Below are positions 47,201 through 61,013 of a DNA stretch of 64,000 bases, piece by piece. The notes below the pieces were generated by a model. The model did no database searches and was not told the origin of the DNA. It worked only from the letters and a program-made list of their open reading frames with translations. The DNA is taken from NCBI GenBank assembly GCA_051362555.1, contig CM120649.1, positions 17,808,567 to 17,872,566 of the forward strand, given 5' to 3'. Position 1 is the stretch's first letter. Each line of letters begins with the position of its first letter. The stretch is from Lingula anatina (taxonomy: Eukaryota; Animalia; Brachiopoda). The position numbers and the translations under genes were made by a program.

Positions 47201-50200
47201 AAAAATGCAATCAACAAGAATTTTCAAAATACGCAAAAAATATATATAACTTAAAATGGTACAATCAAAGTTAAGTTAAGGTAGGTCAAAGGTCAATTTC
47301 AAGGTCACAGTAAATTGACTTTCTATTCAACTACAATAGCAGTGTAACTTTGGAGATAAAAGGGAAGCAAAATTTGCAAAGTTCAGTTCATGATGATAAG
47401 TAGGTCAAAGGTCAATTTCAAGGTCACAGTAAGATTGCCAGTATATGACTTCCTATTCAAGTTCAATAGTAACTATGGACCTATCTCTGCCAGTTTTGGA
47501 GATAAAAGGGAACCAAAATTTGCAAAGTTCAATTCATGATAAAAAGTAGGTCAAAGGTCAATTTCAAGGTCACATTAAGATTGCCAGTATATGACTTCTT
47601 ATTCAACTTCAATAGTAACTATGGACCTATCTCTGCCAGTTTTGGAGATAAAAGGGAACCAAAATTTGCAAAGTTCAGTTCATGGTGAAAAGTAGCTCAA
47701 AGGTCAATTTCAAGGCCACATTTGGATTGCCAGTATATGACTTCATATTCAAGTTCAATAGAAACTATGGACCTATCTCTGCCAGTTTTGGAGATAAAAG
47801 GGAGGCAAAATTTGCAAAGTTCAGTTCATGGTGAAAAGTAGGTCAAAGGTCAATTTCAAGGTCACAGTAAGATATCCAGTACATGACTTCCTATTCAACT
47901 TCAATAGTAACTATGGACTTATCTCTGCCAGTTTTGGAGATATAAGGGACTAAATGTTATAATTTTGGAGTTGCCATAATGTGCCATAAATTTCCTACGG
48001 AAAAAATTAATTAAAATAAAGAAAAGGTCATTTTGGTAAAAATTCCTGAAATGGGAGGTGCTCTGAAGTTTCAGATGTTCAAATTTGATGAAATAATGTC
48101 ATTTTCGACCACAAGTTGCCTGCTTTGCCTAGCCTTATGTTTTATTTTTCCGGAGTTCAAAATTTATTATCCATTACTGTACTGCACATTTTGCTTTAAC
48201 CACCAAAATGTACTTTTTGATACAGCGTAACTTTGCAGATAAAAGGGAAGCAAAATTTGCAAAGTTCAGTTCATGATGAAAAGTAGGTCAAAGGTCAATT
48301 TCAAGGTCACAGTAAGATTGCCAGTATATGACTTCCTATTCAACTTCAATAGTAACTATGGACCCATCTCTGCCAGTTTTGGAGATAAAAGGGAGGCAAA
48401 ATTTGCAAAGTTCAGTTCATGGTGAAAAGTAGGTCAAAGGTCAATTTCAAGGTCACAGTAAGATATCCAGTACATGACTTCCTATTCAACTTCAATAGTA
48501 ACTATGGACCTATCTCTGCTAGTTTTGGAGATAAAAGGGAAGCAAATTTTCCAAAGTTCAGTTCATGGTGAAAAGTAGGTCAAAGGTCAATTTCAAGGCC
48601 ACATTTAGATTGCCAGTATATGACTTCATATTCAAGTTCAATAGAAACTATCTCTGCTAGTTTTGGAGATAAAAGGGAGGCAAAATTTGCAAAGTTCAGT
48701 TCATGGTGAAAAGTAGGTCAAAGGTCAATTTCAAGGTCACAGTAAGATATCCAGTACATAACTTCCTATTCAACTTCAATAGTAACTATGGACTTATCTC
48801 TGCCAGTTTTGGAGATATAAGGGACTAAATGTTATAATTTTGGAGTTACCATAATGTGCCATAAATTTCCTACGGAAAAAATTAATTAAAATAAAGAAAA
48901 GGTCATTTTGGTAAAAATTCCTGAAATGGGAGGTGCTCTGAAGTTTCAGATGTTCAAATTTGATGAAATAATGTCATTTTCGACCACAAGTTGCCTGCTT
49001 TGCCTAGCCTTATGTTTTATTTTTCCGGAGTTCAAAATTTATTATCCATTACCGTACTGCACATTTTGCTTTAACCACCAAAATGTACTTTTTGATACAG
49101 CGTAACTTTGCAGATAAAAGGGAAGCAAAATTTGCAAAGTTCAGTTCATGATGAAAAGTAGGTCAATAGTCAATTTCAAGGTCACAGTAAGATTGCCAGC
49201 ATATGACTTCCTATTCAAGTTCAATAGTAACTATGGACCTATCTCTGCCAGTTTTGGAGATAAAAGGGAACCAAAATTTGCAAAGTTCAATTCATGATAA
49301 AAAGTAGGTCAAAGGTCAATTTCAAGGTCACATTTAGATTGCCAGTATATGACTTCCTATTCAACTTCAATAGTAACTATGGACCTATCTCTGCCAGGTT
49401 TGGAGTTAAAAGAGAAAGAAATTAGCAGAGTTCAGTTCATGGTGAAAAGTAGGTCAAAGGTCAATTTTAAGGTCACATTTAGATTGCCAGTATATGACTT
49501 CCTATTCAACTTCAATAGTAACTATGGACCTATCTCTGCTAGTTTTGGAGATAAAAGGGAAGCAAAATTTCATAAGTTCAGTTCATGGTGAAAAGTAGGT
49601 CAAAAGTCAATTTTAAGGTCACATTTAGATTGCCAGTATATGACTTCCTATTCAAGTTCAATAGTAACTATGGACCTATCTCTGCCAGTTTTGGAGATAA
49701 AAGGGAAGCAAAATTTGCAAAGTTCAATTTATGGTGAAAAGTAGGTCAAAGGTCAATTTCAAGGTCACAGTAAGATTGCCAGTATATGACTTCCTATTCA
49801 ACTTCAATAGTAACTATGGACCTATCTCTGCCAGTTTTATAGATATAAGGGACTAAATGTTATAATTTCGGAGTTACCTTAATGTGCCATAAATTTCCTA
49901 CAGAAAAAATTAATTAAAATAAAGAAAAGGTCATTTTGGTCAAAATTCTTGAAATGGGAGGTGCTCTGAAGTTCCAGAAGTTCAAATTTGATGAAATAAT
50001 GTGATTTTTGAACACAAGTTGTCTGCTTTGCCAAGCCTTATGTTTTATTTTTCCAGAGTTCAAAATTTATTATCCATTACCGTACTGCACATTTTGCTTT
50101 CACCACCAATATGTACTTTTTGATACAGCGTAACTCGAAAACCGTATGGAATACAAAAAAACGGAGACCACCCCCAGTGTTGGGCTTTACATGCTCTACA

Positions 50201-52325
50201 AAATGCAAAAAAGAATGGGTCTCTAGCATTAACGGTTCCCGAATTACAGACAGTTTTCAGTTTCAGTATCTTATGGCCGCTACACCCGTGAAAATGCACC
50301 GATTGACCCCAAATTCACACAGATGAAAGATGACCTGAAGGGTAATATTTTCCAATAATTTTATTGGTTAAGTCTGTGTGGTGTCTGAATAACAGGGCAA
50401 ATAATTTTTTTTTCGTAAAAAAATTCATTTTTTTGAAAATTTTTGCCCGTTTGACCTTGAAATAAAGGTCAAAGGTCAAATCCAAGGGCATATTTGAAAT
50501 CTACACATATGACTTTTGGAAAGCCGTCTGTAGAAATTTTTCCCATAATTCCTCTGTAGGGTAGATAATTAGCATTTAATTTTGCCATTTTTGGACAAGG
50601 GTGCATTGCAATGAGTGCCACACCTAGACCCCAATACCGATAAAGCCCAAATTTTACGTGGAACGAGTTGAGATTATAGGTGACCTAAATCCAAGAGATG
50701 GGTATGGGGGCCCTTACCGTCTAGGAGGAGAAGCGGTAACGGTAACATGGCGGCGGAGCCGGCGGAATGGACCGGACGGGACCAAAACCATGTGTACCGC
50801 CAGCGCTAACGCTGGTGGTACAATAACTGTGAAATTTACCTCCTCTCTTGCTATCCTCATATCATCTGTGACATCTGAGAAAACAGTAGGTTTGACGAAA
50901 TATCCAACGTCTCCCCAGCGTTCCCCACCAGCTTGGCAAGTGGCGCCCTCTTCTTTCCCAATGTTGCAGTATTTCATCACCTTGTCAAACATCTCTTGGT
51001 CCACCTTCAGAGTGGATGCAACATAAACATGATTCTAATGTAATTTAGGCACTGACTGATTGATCCAAACTTTTGATACATAAAGGGGAAACCATCCTAA
51101 ACAGTTACCGTAGTTAAAAGGAAAACATTTATTAATATGATGCAAAATGATACAATGTGTCTTATTTCTTCGTGCATTGTTCAAGAACAGTTATTGATCA
51201 ATGATGATGATTCATCTTCAACTTTGTCTGCAGCTACAGATACATAAAATATTTGTAGTTCTTGATTATTTTCTCACCAAAATGCCATAAAACTCTTATC
51301 CATCAATTTCTATTCAACATGCTTTGTAATTGTTCAAACACCATCAAATTCATCAAGTACCTCATTCTCACCTGAGGGCCTTGCTGTGTTTTCTTATCAT
51401 ACGGATCACCCACCACTCTCTCAGCCGCCATCTTTGCACTCCTCTTGACAAACTCGTCGTAAATCCCCTCCTGAACATATGTTCTAGACCCAGCACAGCA
51501 GTTTTGGCCGTGATTGTTCATAATGGCAGCATGGGCCCAAGTCACAGCTTCGTCCACTGAAATGTGGGAACATTTCCAATTGTGCTCTCCAGATTTTTTT
51601 AAGCAGAAAAAAAAACCACAAACAGTCACTACTAATTCATGGAGCAGTTATCCACTAGAATATGTTAAATGTAACATCAATTTCATTGCTGTTTATTTTT
51701 TCATCTTGAGGGAGAAAAAACACTAGTCATGTAATCACATTCTCTTCTTTTTCATTCTGTCATCACCAGAGCAAAAACTCAAGTCCAAAATGTTAACTCC
51801 TCTTCATTCTATCATTATTTTCATTCTTAAATCTTTAATCTTAAATGCTATTAAGCGCATAGGTCATCTCAGATTGAAAAATAAATCAATACAATGAAAT
51901 TAAAATCTAAAATAATTTGAGCTCACAATCAGCATCATCAAAGATGATATTTGGACTTTTCCCTCCCATCTCAAATGTTACCCGCTTCATGTTGCTCTTT
52001 GCTGCAGCCATCATCACTAACTGTCCAACCTGAATACAGCAAATTTATCCATATAATATATATAATTTGCACTTTTTGCATTCTAATTTCAAAGGATCTG
52101 TCGCAAAGAAACTACAGTACTAGGTAGTTCGAACTAACTCCACAGGAACTTGCACTGAATGTAATCAGACAAATATGCCTCCTCTTGTTTCTAACATGCT
52201 GGTATAATTACCAGCTTCTCTGTATTCTAGTCAACACCAGGAGGGTTGGTGTGTGTTGGTCTGTTAATTTAATTGCATTCTGGGATAATCCCATTGGAGT
52301 ACCAGTTAGTTCAAACTACCTTGTA

Positions 52326-52378
<53 letters not shown>

Positions 52379-55300
52379 CAGACATGAGCCTCGGTTTAAA
52401 AAAATAAAAACCCTCTGAACATTTATCATAACATATCTTTTCAAATCTCAGGAATCATCAGAATTGAATTAAAAAACTCGGAATTCCACATTTTTTACGG
52501 AAAAAGCTCCTGTCTGTAGAATGGAGACAGAGAGAAGGAAGAAGAAAAGAAGAATTACCTCAGTGGACCCAGTGAAAGCTATCTTGTCCACATCCATGTG
52601 TTCTGCCAGGGCTGCTCCTGCAGTGGGGCCATACCCAGGGACTATGTTTATGACCCCAGGGGGAAAACCAGCCTTAAATTTAAATACAGCATATAAATAA
52701 GTATGCTTAGAATGTATTTGCATATTACCATTTTCAGGTAATCTTTGTGTATATTTTTCATTTATTGTATCAAAGTGGAATGATTTTTGTATAACACCAT
52801 TTAATATAAATCTTTAGGTATACCATTATCATATGAACACATCTGAGTTAGTTTCCAATATGATGTAAAATTAATTTAAAAGTACTAAAAGAAAACATTT
52901 ATCAGCTGTCTCAAAATTGCACTTGATACAGCTAAAATTTAATATAACAGATACGATTCACCTCCACAGATAATGCGGCACAGAAGAGGGCTGTCAATGG
53001 CGTCTGTTCTGCAGGTTTCATTATAATTGTGTTGCCGCAGGCGAGAGCTGGTCCCCACTTCCAAGCTACCATCATCAGGGGATAGTTCCACTGTATTAAC
53101 ACAAATTCACAAAAAAAAAAAAAAAAAAATCAAAGAAATGCGTCTTTGTCATCCAATCTTTGATATACAACTATGCTGAGTTACACAATTGGTTAAAAGG
53201 TTTGGACTGTTAAAATTTACTGAGACAAAAATTTATGAACTTGTTGATGGAGTTGTTCTAAGAGATAAAGGAGTTAAACGTGCTTTCTGGGATTAAAATG
53301 TATCTTTAGAAAATCCAGTGTAAGCACTGAAGGCATGCAACTCTGTATAGATAGGGGGAAGGGAAAATGCAATACCCATGTAATATCCAAATTTCCGAAT
53401 AAATCTGGGGGATTTTTTATCTCTATGTTAGTACCTGCTGTGCAGAGAGCAGATTCAAAGAAAGCAAGGGCCAGAATGAACTCTCAAATATGAAATGTAC
53501 ATGACCCCTTATTTTGATAACGAACTCCCCTGCTACTGCAAGCCTTATTATGGGATAAGACTGTATAGGGGTGGGGGGGGGGGGGGAGGGGGGCAAATGG
53601 TGTATCCCAGGGCAAGGGGGGGGGGGGGCAGTGGACCACATGGGCTGTATACATGCACCTCAGGAAATTTTTTGAGTTTTGCTGCACCAAAACCTCACAC
53701 AAGGTTCCCCATTAAAGAATATTTAATGAAAGACATTTTGAAAACCGAACAGCTATAACTGCATCTTATGAAAGAGTTAGTACAAAGTGTTTTATTACAG
53801 AATAAACAAAATAATCAATGATAATAAAACAATAAAAGCATAAAATAAAATAATAACATACCGGGATAATCTGGCCACAAACTCCCACAGGGTGAAGTTT
53901 AGTGTAGGAAAAGAAATCCCCGTCTACAGTAAAAACCATCATAACAATCAGCAACAAATGAGTTAGGTTATTAGTGGTTATACAGTACGATCTTTGGAAA
54001 CAAAACATAAGTAAACAAAATTGTTTATACTAAGAAATTCAAGTTACTAATATTAGCAACTTTTTCAGGAAATGATGATCTCGTCTAAATTTACAAAGTT
54101 AGTAACAATTATTTCTTTCTCCAAACATTGTGTTTCTGTAGTTCTTTTTCCATATTATCTACTTTTCAGTAATTTACTGACTAATCATAGTTCCTGGTCC
54201 TTTTTTCACCTTTTAGCTGCAAGTTATCAACCAAACAATTATTAAAATCTCTGCCAAACTAACTAATAAAAAAAAACAAACCAAACAGTTAATCACTTAT
54301 TCTAGCAAGCAACCAAGCACCCCCCCCCCCCCCCCAAATTCATTAAAAAATGAAACAAACTATCATGGATTCCCTCATTGAGCAATACATGCACTCATTA
54401 TTTTATTCATCCATCCATCCATCCATCCTGCAAACCAGCCAGTCAACAAGCCAGCCAGCCAGAGCCCACAGAACAGATGATCCTAGGATCTACTGATCTG
54501 CAGATCAAATATGGCTGACCCATCATAAAAGGAAGCCACTTAATATCCTAATGGTATCATCGCCCCCCACACCTGCCATTAAACGGTTTAAATCTCGGCT
54601 CTAAGGTTTAATTGCCAGGCCCCTGCAGGGATGGCGTGTGTGGAGGTGTGGAGACCTGCAGCTACCTTTTACGATGGGTCGGCCATATTTGATCCACGGA
54701 TCAGTAGTTCTGAGGATCGTCTGTTCTGAATGCACTCAGAGAGACAGCAATCGACATGACAAGGGATTAACATACCCATGGGGATAGTTTTCCCATGTAT
54801 CTTGTCTGCATAGCCAGCGTAGTACTTAATACAGTCAATGGTCATCTGGAGGTCACCCAGGGAGTCCAGATATGGCTTTCCATTGTCCAGAGTCTCCAAG
54901 CTCTGAGGAATATAATTATTTAAGACATAGGGGTGAATTATAGGCTTAAAATGATAAATTCAACTGTATTCACATTGTATACGATTCTCTATGAGCATAA
55001 AATCTGAGTCCATGTTATTCACTTCTAAGAATAGGTAAAATAAAAACAAACAAACAAATAAACAAACAAGAAAGATATATACAAACTTACAGCCAGGTAA
55101 ACTTTATCTCTCTCCATCAGCTCACACAACTTGACCATCAGATTACCTCGCTGTGAAGCGTCCATTGTTCTCCACGGGGCGTCCAGGGCAAAGGCATCTC
55201 TTGCCGCCTTGACTGCCTTGTCTATGTCAGCCTAAAATGAACAAATTAATATCACATGCATACAATGTGTACATGCATCCCTTTCAGCATTGATTATATC

Positions 55301-56442
55301 AGTCTAAATTACTTTAAAATACTTGAACAAATGTGATATAAGACATTAAATACACAAGAAGACAAAAAAGTATATTGAAAAAAATTTTAAATACATAAAG
55401 GGTCATCCATTTCTGAATTTTTTTTTTCACAAGTCTACAAACTATACACTGTAGGGGAAGTTTTGGATTCCCTAGCATGCAATAATAAAATATATTTGCA
55501 ATTATACTTGTGTTTGTGTATTACTTGCAATATTGTCTATACCAGTAATTATTATTGAGCCACTATCACAAAGTGCAAAAATCTTCATTTTCTATTATTT
55601 TCATCCTTTTAATATTATCTTTTTCTTTTCCTCCACAATATACCTTATCTCCCTCCTGTACGTCACATATCTTCTCACCAGTGCATGGATTGATGGTAGG
55701 AAAAGTTTTCCCACTGACAGAGTCATGCCATTCATTGTTGATAAAGATCTGAATTCATAAAACATAATATCGTAAATCATCATAAAACATAACAGTTTAA
55801 AGCCAGTTTATAATGAGAATGTTCTTCTTTTTACTTTCTTTTTGTAACAAAAAAATGTTTTAGGCCAATGTAAATGTCAATTTTAAAATACCAAAGTGAC
55901 AAAAAATAATAATAATAAATAAATAAAAAATGAAGTGTCCAAATATCATTCCATAAAAGCCACAAAATGGACAATAGGATACCCAGCTGACCTTGTCTTG
56001 TATACCATATTTCTGGCCCATATATTTAGCACACAATGCCAAGTAAAAAATCTTGATGTATCAAATTCCACCTATGGTTCATGCAAGAATGCCACACTCT
56101 TCCAGGCCAGGGTCACATGTGCACTAGTGCATATTTTGGTATTTTGCATTTGAGTCCTTGAACCTGTGTTGAACTTTGGTGCCTTTACTTGACTTTGGGG
56201 ATATAATATGAATAGAGGCAAAGCACACGTACTAGTACTGTATGCACACAGGAATGTATGCACAGATTACTGAATATATATATATATATACATATACCCC
56301 AGTATGTGTACATATACAACTAAAACACTTTTGTATACAAGCACTCACAAATTAATTAAAATGCACACACATGTGCATGCCCCTCATATGCCCATCAGAC
56401 CCATATAGCTTGCCATTACAGCTTATACTGGATAATATAAAG

Positions 56443-56473
<31 letters not shown>

Positions 56474-56552
56474 ACACACGTACATGTGCAATAGTCATAC
56501 GTACCTTGGTATATTTGATCTCTGGAAAAAGCATCGCCTCCTGATCAGACAT
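44268..56552 (-). CDS. ALDH1A: Cytosolic class 1 aldehyde dehydrogenase (ALDH1A/retinal dehydrogenase-like), 14 coding exons, 494 aa
   Basis: Exons 56552-56505, 55748-55644, 55231-55091, 54902-54776, 53923-53862, 53090-52962, 52672-52559, 52029-51927, 51556-51372, 51004-50840, 46049-45892, 45490-45416, 44865-44826, 44300-44268 (1485 nt, all GT-AG). Motifs [44 protein letters not shown] (catalytic Glu), GQNCCAGSR (catalytic Cys), [16 protein letters not shown]. No mitochondrial leader. Confidence 0.95.
44703..44858. repeat. 78-bp tandem duplication covering most of ALDH exon 13 and its splice donor
   Basis: ataaca.aatgtgacacaaaattataaagacttataatg.cttacagtttttacttcatagtattcttttaagccat occurs at 44703 and 44781. 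Confidence 0.9.
45101..45325. mobile_element. MITE (same family as 31489-31713 and about 59787-59990)
   Basis: Inverted subterminal blocks gattgatctaactcc...gggattcttgctaaattg / caatttagcgagaatcccc.cggagataggtcgatc. Confidence 0.7.
46099..46701. mobile_element. 603-bp MITE with about 77-bp TIRs and 8-bp TSD (hAT/P-like)
   Basis: caccctgagctcagagctaacttgacactaaccttttcactgtagccta... is inverted at 46625-46701; AAAATTAT on both flanks (46091-46098, 46702-46709). Confidence 0.92.
47079..50824 (+). mobile_element. Non-autonomous Helentron/HINE (DINE-1-like) element carrying an internal satellite array
   Basis: Starts aactagagg with a short gaggcg..cgcctc inverted repeat; internal 146-bp tandem repeats; cgga-like microsatellite near 50750; terminal hairpin gtaccgccagcg-ctaa-cgctggtggtac followed by aa; no TSD seen. 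Confidence 0.75.
47270..50130 (+). repeat. 146-bp satellite monomers in higher-order repeats with a spacer of about 290 bp
   Basis: ta(g/c)gtcaaaggtcaatttcaagg-type motif at 47401, 47547, 47693 etc. (period 146); the spacer recurs at offsets 875 and 1028 (48033, 48908, 49936). Confidence 0.93.
54462..54737. mobile_element. MITE with about 70-bp imperfect TIRs in ALDH intron 4
   Basis: cagaacagatgatcctaggatctactgatctgcagatcaaatatggctgacccatcataaaagg is inverted against ccttttacgatgggtcggccatatttgatccacggatcagtagttctgaggatcgtctgttctg. Confidence 0.85.
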
Positions 56553-56714
56553 CTTTAAATTTAATCACTCTGCTTGCAGCTTATCTACAGTGCACCTAAA
56601 AAGTAAGTCAGTGGACAAGATATAGGACTCACGAGTGTGCTTTATCTTTAATCACATATCTATTACTACAGTAATTATACTAGTATACTTGCAACTTCAA
56701 CTTAAAATACTTAC

Positions 56715-56800
56715 AACTATCGACGTGCACAAGGGCCAATGCGATGTTTGCACTCCAGACAACACGTTGCAGAACTTGCACTAGCCCGGTTCACCAGGCA
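56715..56800 (-). other. Probable non-coding first exon of ALDH
   Basis: gtaagt donor at 56714 and tttttag acceptor at 56596, upstream of the ATG at 56552; the 5' boundary is approximate. Confidence 0.5.
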
Positions 56801-57684
56801 GATAGCCGCGACGCTGAGCCGACCTAAGTGTAATCTAGCAGACACCCCACTGACCTAGTTTCAATATACGTGCCCCACTTATGAAATCGAGGCCTGGAAG
56901 CGCGTGTTTTGTTTGAGCGTGGTATATAAACAGTCTACATATGAGTCTACATGGATATATCATAGAAGTAGAGAAAATATGTAGAAATATATGTCCGCTG
57001 GAGTAGGCCTAATCACATCTAATTTTATTTATTTTTTATTCAATGGGATGTATAGTCTCCTATAAACGAGTATAGATAGATAAACAAACAAACAAACAAA
57101 CAAATAAATAATTAAATAAATAAAAATAAATAAATATAAATATAGTGAATGAATGAATTCATGAAACAGAATGATGTACTTAATTAACATTTCACATTCA
57201 CATCGTTTTGATGCCCAGTAATGGATATAATATTGTTTCTAGTACTTTTTAGTTTTTTTGGTTTTCAACTTGAAGCACGCACTCCTTCGCATCGTCAGCT
57301 TGAGGCAGTTTGTAAAAGCAAGGAAGATAATTCCTTGGTTAAACAAAACAGCAAGCCATAATGTTACAAATATTTTTTCATAAACGTTCCCTGCATCAAA
57401 AGTATTGACAGCACCTACAGAAACTTAAAAGCTAATACGAATCCAGGAAATAAAATGATGAAAAAAAAATCAAAACTCCGTTTCCTAGCAAAGACCATAG
57501 AAGTAGAGAAATGCAAAGACCTTAAATTTTTACTGAATGAATGTGTATAATTTTGAACCTGGTGTCTTTTACGCGAGCATGGCAATCATTTTGATTTTAA
57601 TATATAAATTAAAGTTATTTGAATTTGAATTTGAATTCGAGCAAGAAGTTCTCACTCCTTGATTTGACTAAACTTTGTGGAACG

Positions 57685-57782
57685 GATTTTCGCGGAAGTA
57701 ATCATTGACTGAGCTCACGATTGCGCACGCGCCATTACCCGGCGGAAGCGGGATTCCAGCTGAGCAGCAAGCCAAGTAACAG
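57685..57782 (+). promoter_or_regulatory. CpG-rich promoter/first exon of an unidentified gene, divergent from ALDH
   Basis: Two ETS-type CGGAAG motifs (about 57693 and 57743), an NRF1-like tgcgcacgcgc, then a CAG|gtagtc donor at 57783. Downstream coding exons could not be identified with confidence. Confidence 0.45.
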
Positions 57783-58953
57783 GTAGTCTAGTCGCCTTGA
57801 ATTAGCTTTCCGCACACATATTTTAAGCTATAGATTAAAAGCTGATATATCGTGTGTAGTGTGTAATTTGTGAGTGTATTTAGTTGAGTTTAAGTAAACT
57901 TATTTTGCCCCAGCGAAACTTCAACTCCTGGGACAACGTGACTGTTTTCGGTTGTCGATGTAAACAACCTCAAAGCGGCAATCTTACAGTGATTTATGCA
58001 CGCGATATTCGTGACATTTTAACTCGAATTTAAACATACGATCCGTGGATTTTGTTCTCAATCCATGGCCTTTAAATATATGAATGATGAGTGCATCTGT
58101 TTGGCGTCTGTTTCTGTGAGATCGATACTAAGTTGAAATTGAATGTAGCAGCACGAAAATCCATGCGTTACCATTAGCACTAGCACTCCCTCTCAAGTTT
58201 ACATTTCCTGATACTGTCATGTGTACTGTATGTGTTTATGCATAAAAACTGCTGCACATTACTGTTAAAATGAATTTCACGATCAGACAGAACTGCATCT
58301 CTGATGTGTGGACTCTCAAATGTTGAGCTTACCCTGACTTTTCCTCACTTAGCACACTGCTGAGTAGCCAGTTAGCCAGTTTAGCTGTCTCAAGGTCTGT
58401 ATATAAGGTAACATTCATCTGCTCATCAACTAGGAGTAAGATTCACTTTTTCTTTTAGAATAGTTCTACCATTTTAGGGCTTACGATTGCTACAGTTTTT
58501 AACAAACAGCCTAGCATTGGGAAATAATCTGAATTGAGAAAAAAAGTTATAACTTATATAGGTTGTGTTCACATTTTCCAAAAAGTATGATGGCAGTAAT
58601 TCTTGATTAAAAGTTGGGACCTAAGCAGAAACTTGCTTTTTGTAAATATTTGAAATTAAAAAAAAAAATGGGATAATTAAATGTTTTTAAATTAACTTAT
58701 TATTCTGTTGTTCCCCAATAATCTTGATCATGGATGTATTTAAAGTTTGGTGTTCGAAATTTGTGAAATTTAACCTTATCATGTTCTAAGAAGCTGTTTA
58801 TCCTAAGCCCTTCTCTTGAATGCCAAGCTTCCTGGTTCTTAATTTCCAATTACTTTGAAGATTTGTCGCCATTTTGATTATTGACTGGTTGTAATCCTGG
58901 CATTAAGTCTCGATCACGGTAATCCTATGGAATCACTAGTGAGTAGTACGGCT

Positions 58954-59197
58954 TAGACCACATTCCCACAGGCACCATCAGTCTAATTTAGATCGATCCA
59001 ACTCTGAGGGCACTCAGTGTAACTGAATGACACGTCTCCTATTATTTCCAACGCACTCGTATAGTCACCAGCTTTTCTGTATTCTTCTTAATATCAGGAG
59101 GTGGTGGTTAATCTGTTTAACTGATTGCATCCATCCAGAGTCCCTATGGAGTTGGATCGATCTACATAGACTGATAGTGTGTATGGGAATAGGGCCT
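58954..59197. mobile_element. MITE (Harbinger-like; related copies at about 52120-52325, 60588-60842, 63077-63270)
   Basis: TIR gaccacattcccac...catcagtcta..tagatcgatccaactc against gagttggatcgatcta.atagactgatag...tgggaatagggcc with TTA/TAA flanks; internal accagctt.tctgta shared among copies. Confidence 0.8.
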
Positions 59198-60846
59198 AAC
59201 TTGGGTCTAAGAAAGTGGAGGCAAGAGATGCCCATGGTGTTGTTATGCAGTATTGTTTAATCTGTTACTCAGATATTGTAGTTAGAACTAGGAATATAAG
59301 CATGCAGACTGTTGCTTTGGCTTGATATTAAATGGATGGTTACATCGCTTATATTAGTTTTTTTTCTTTTAGTATATATATATATATGCCTTTTTTCATA
59401 CATATGGTGGACAGAATACAGAGAAAATAATGATGATACATACTATGTCATTTATATAAATCTGCAAGTAATCTTATTTTTTAGTGCATTGAAATATACC
59501 TATAGAAAGTACAGTTACTTCTAATGGATGTAATAATTTATAAACCCTATTGAGTGGATGATGCAGCACAGTATTTTTTAATCAAAATATATTTCTTTAT
59601 TAAAAAAGCATTCCTTGGGTCTTACATACAATAAAAAGGACAGTGAACTGTAGTAAGTACTTCTTGTCGGTCTCTGTGTGATTTTCTATTCTTAGAGAGC
59701 TCTGCTAAAAATTTTATTAAAAATCTTGTCCACAATGCGAGGTGATTCAGAGGGCACTGGGATTGGCAGCTTCACACTGATAACACTAGGGATACTTTCC
59801 CAGAGACTATCACACTAACTTTGGATCAAATTATCTCCGAGGGGATTCTCACTTAATTGCAACTAACCTGGGCAGCTTAGATGTCTGTCACGCCTGCTGA
59901 GGCCGATGGGTAATTAACTGTCATTTAGCAGCTTTAGTGTGCGTCCCAGACGTCTAAGCCGCATGGGCTGAAAGTAATTTGGTGAGGTTCTGTAGCCTTC
60001 GGAACTCAGGGTGGATGATGAATGGATAGTACTGGATTAAATCTATCTCATTGGATGATTTGTTTTCATCTCTGTATGACTAGCTGTTAAAAGACGAGAT
60101 GGCAGGTGTTTTCTCCTCACAGAAGCCATTGATCTACGCATTCTCTCCGTAAAAATGTATCATTATTATCTTCAGTGTAAAGGAGGTTTCAGAGCCAATT
60201 TCCTGACTGCCTCAGAATGCTCTTAAAGCAGAAGATGGCTCTAATGTGAGGCCTCTTAATGAGGGTTTCTGAATCTTTCATAGGATTCTTCCTTCTTTGG
60301 ACTATTTCCTCCATTCTCTGCTTGATTTCATTAAGAGAGTAACTCAGTTGCTAGGTTTTTTTTATGAAATTATCCAAACAGAAGCCAAGCATGTTGGGAG
60401 GGTTCAGTAAAGGAAAAGCGTTTTTCTTTTTAAGCATTCTCGTTTCCTTTCCTTGTTGAAGATCCTCTAAATTATTAATATAATTTGGTTGTGGACAGAT
60501 GATGATTTTCACCGTACCAGTATAACTGAATTTATTTGTCAGAGGTCTTTTACATATATAGATACTGCAGTTTTAGAATCTCTCCTTTAGGGCTCATTAC
60601 CAATGAAACTACCATTCTGTGTAGAACAATCCAACTCTGTGGGACTCTTGCTGAACGCAATCAAGTTAACAGATTAACACACCTCTTGTTTCTAACATAC
60701 TTACAGGATCACCAGCTTTTCTGTACAGTCTGCTCAACGCCAGGATGAGGCATTCTCGTCTGATTGCATTCAGCGAGAGTCTCCGCAGAGTTGGATCGAT
60801 CTATGTAGATCGATACTTTTATTGTGAATGAACCCTTGGTCCATGT

Positions 60847-61013
60847 CAGGCATGTAGCCAGGGGGGTTCGGGAGGTTCGAAAGAACCGCCCCTTTTGGTG
60901 GGAAAAGGTCCACTCTGAGTAAACTTTGATCTAGAATCATGAAGTTTTTATGGAAAAAGGTCCACTTTTTCAGAAAAAGAACCCCCCTTTTGAAATTGCT
61001 GGCTACGGGCCTG
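60847..61013. mobile_element. Short MITE
   Basis: TIR caggcatgtagccag ... ctggctacgggcctg; catgt on both flanks. Confidence 0.8.

Noticed and set aside
48033-49591. Duplicated 65-aa ORFs and an 80-aa ORF
   Set aside because: Chance frames inside the satellite monomer and spacer of the HINE element.
1907-56552. IDO plus ALDH as a kynurenine-pathway cluster
   Set aside because: The kynurenine-pathway enzyme is ALDH8A1; this protein has class 1/2 features and is separated from IDO by unrelated genes.
60085-60420. Coding-like minus-strand stretch (NEIKQRMEEIVQRRKNPMKDSE...)
   Set aside because: Short, interrupted by stops, with no convincing splice sites or recognisable motif.
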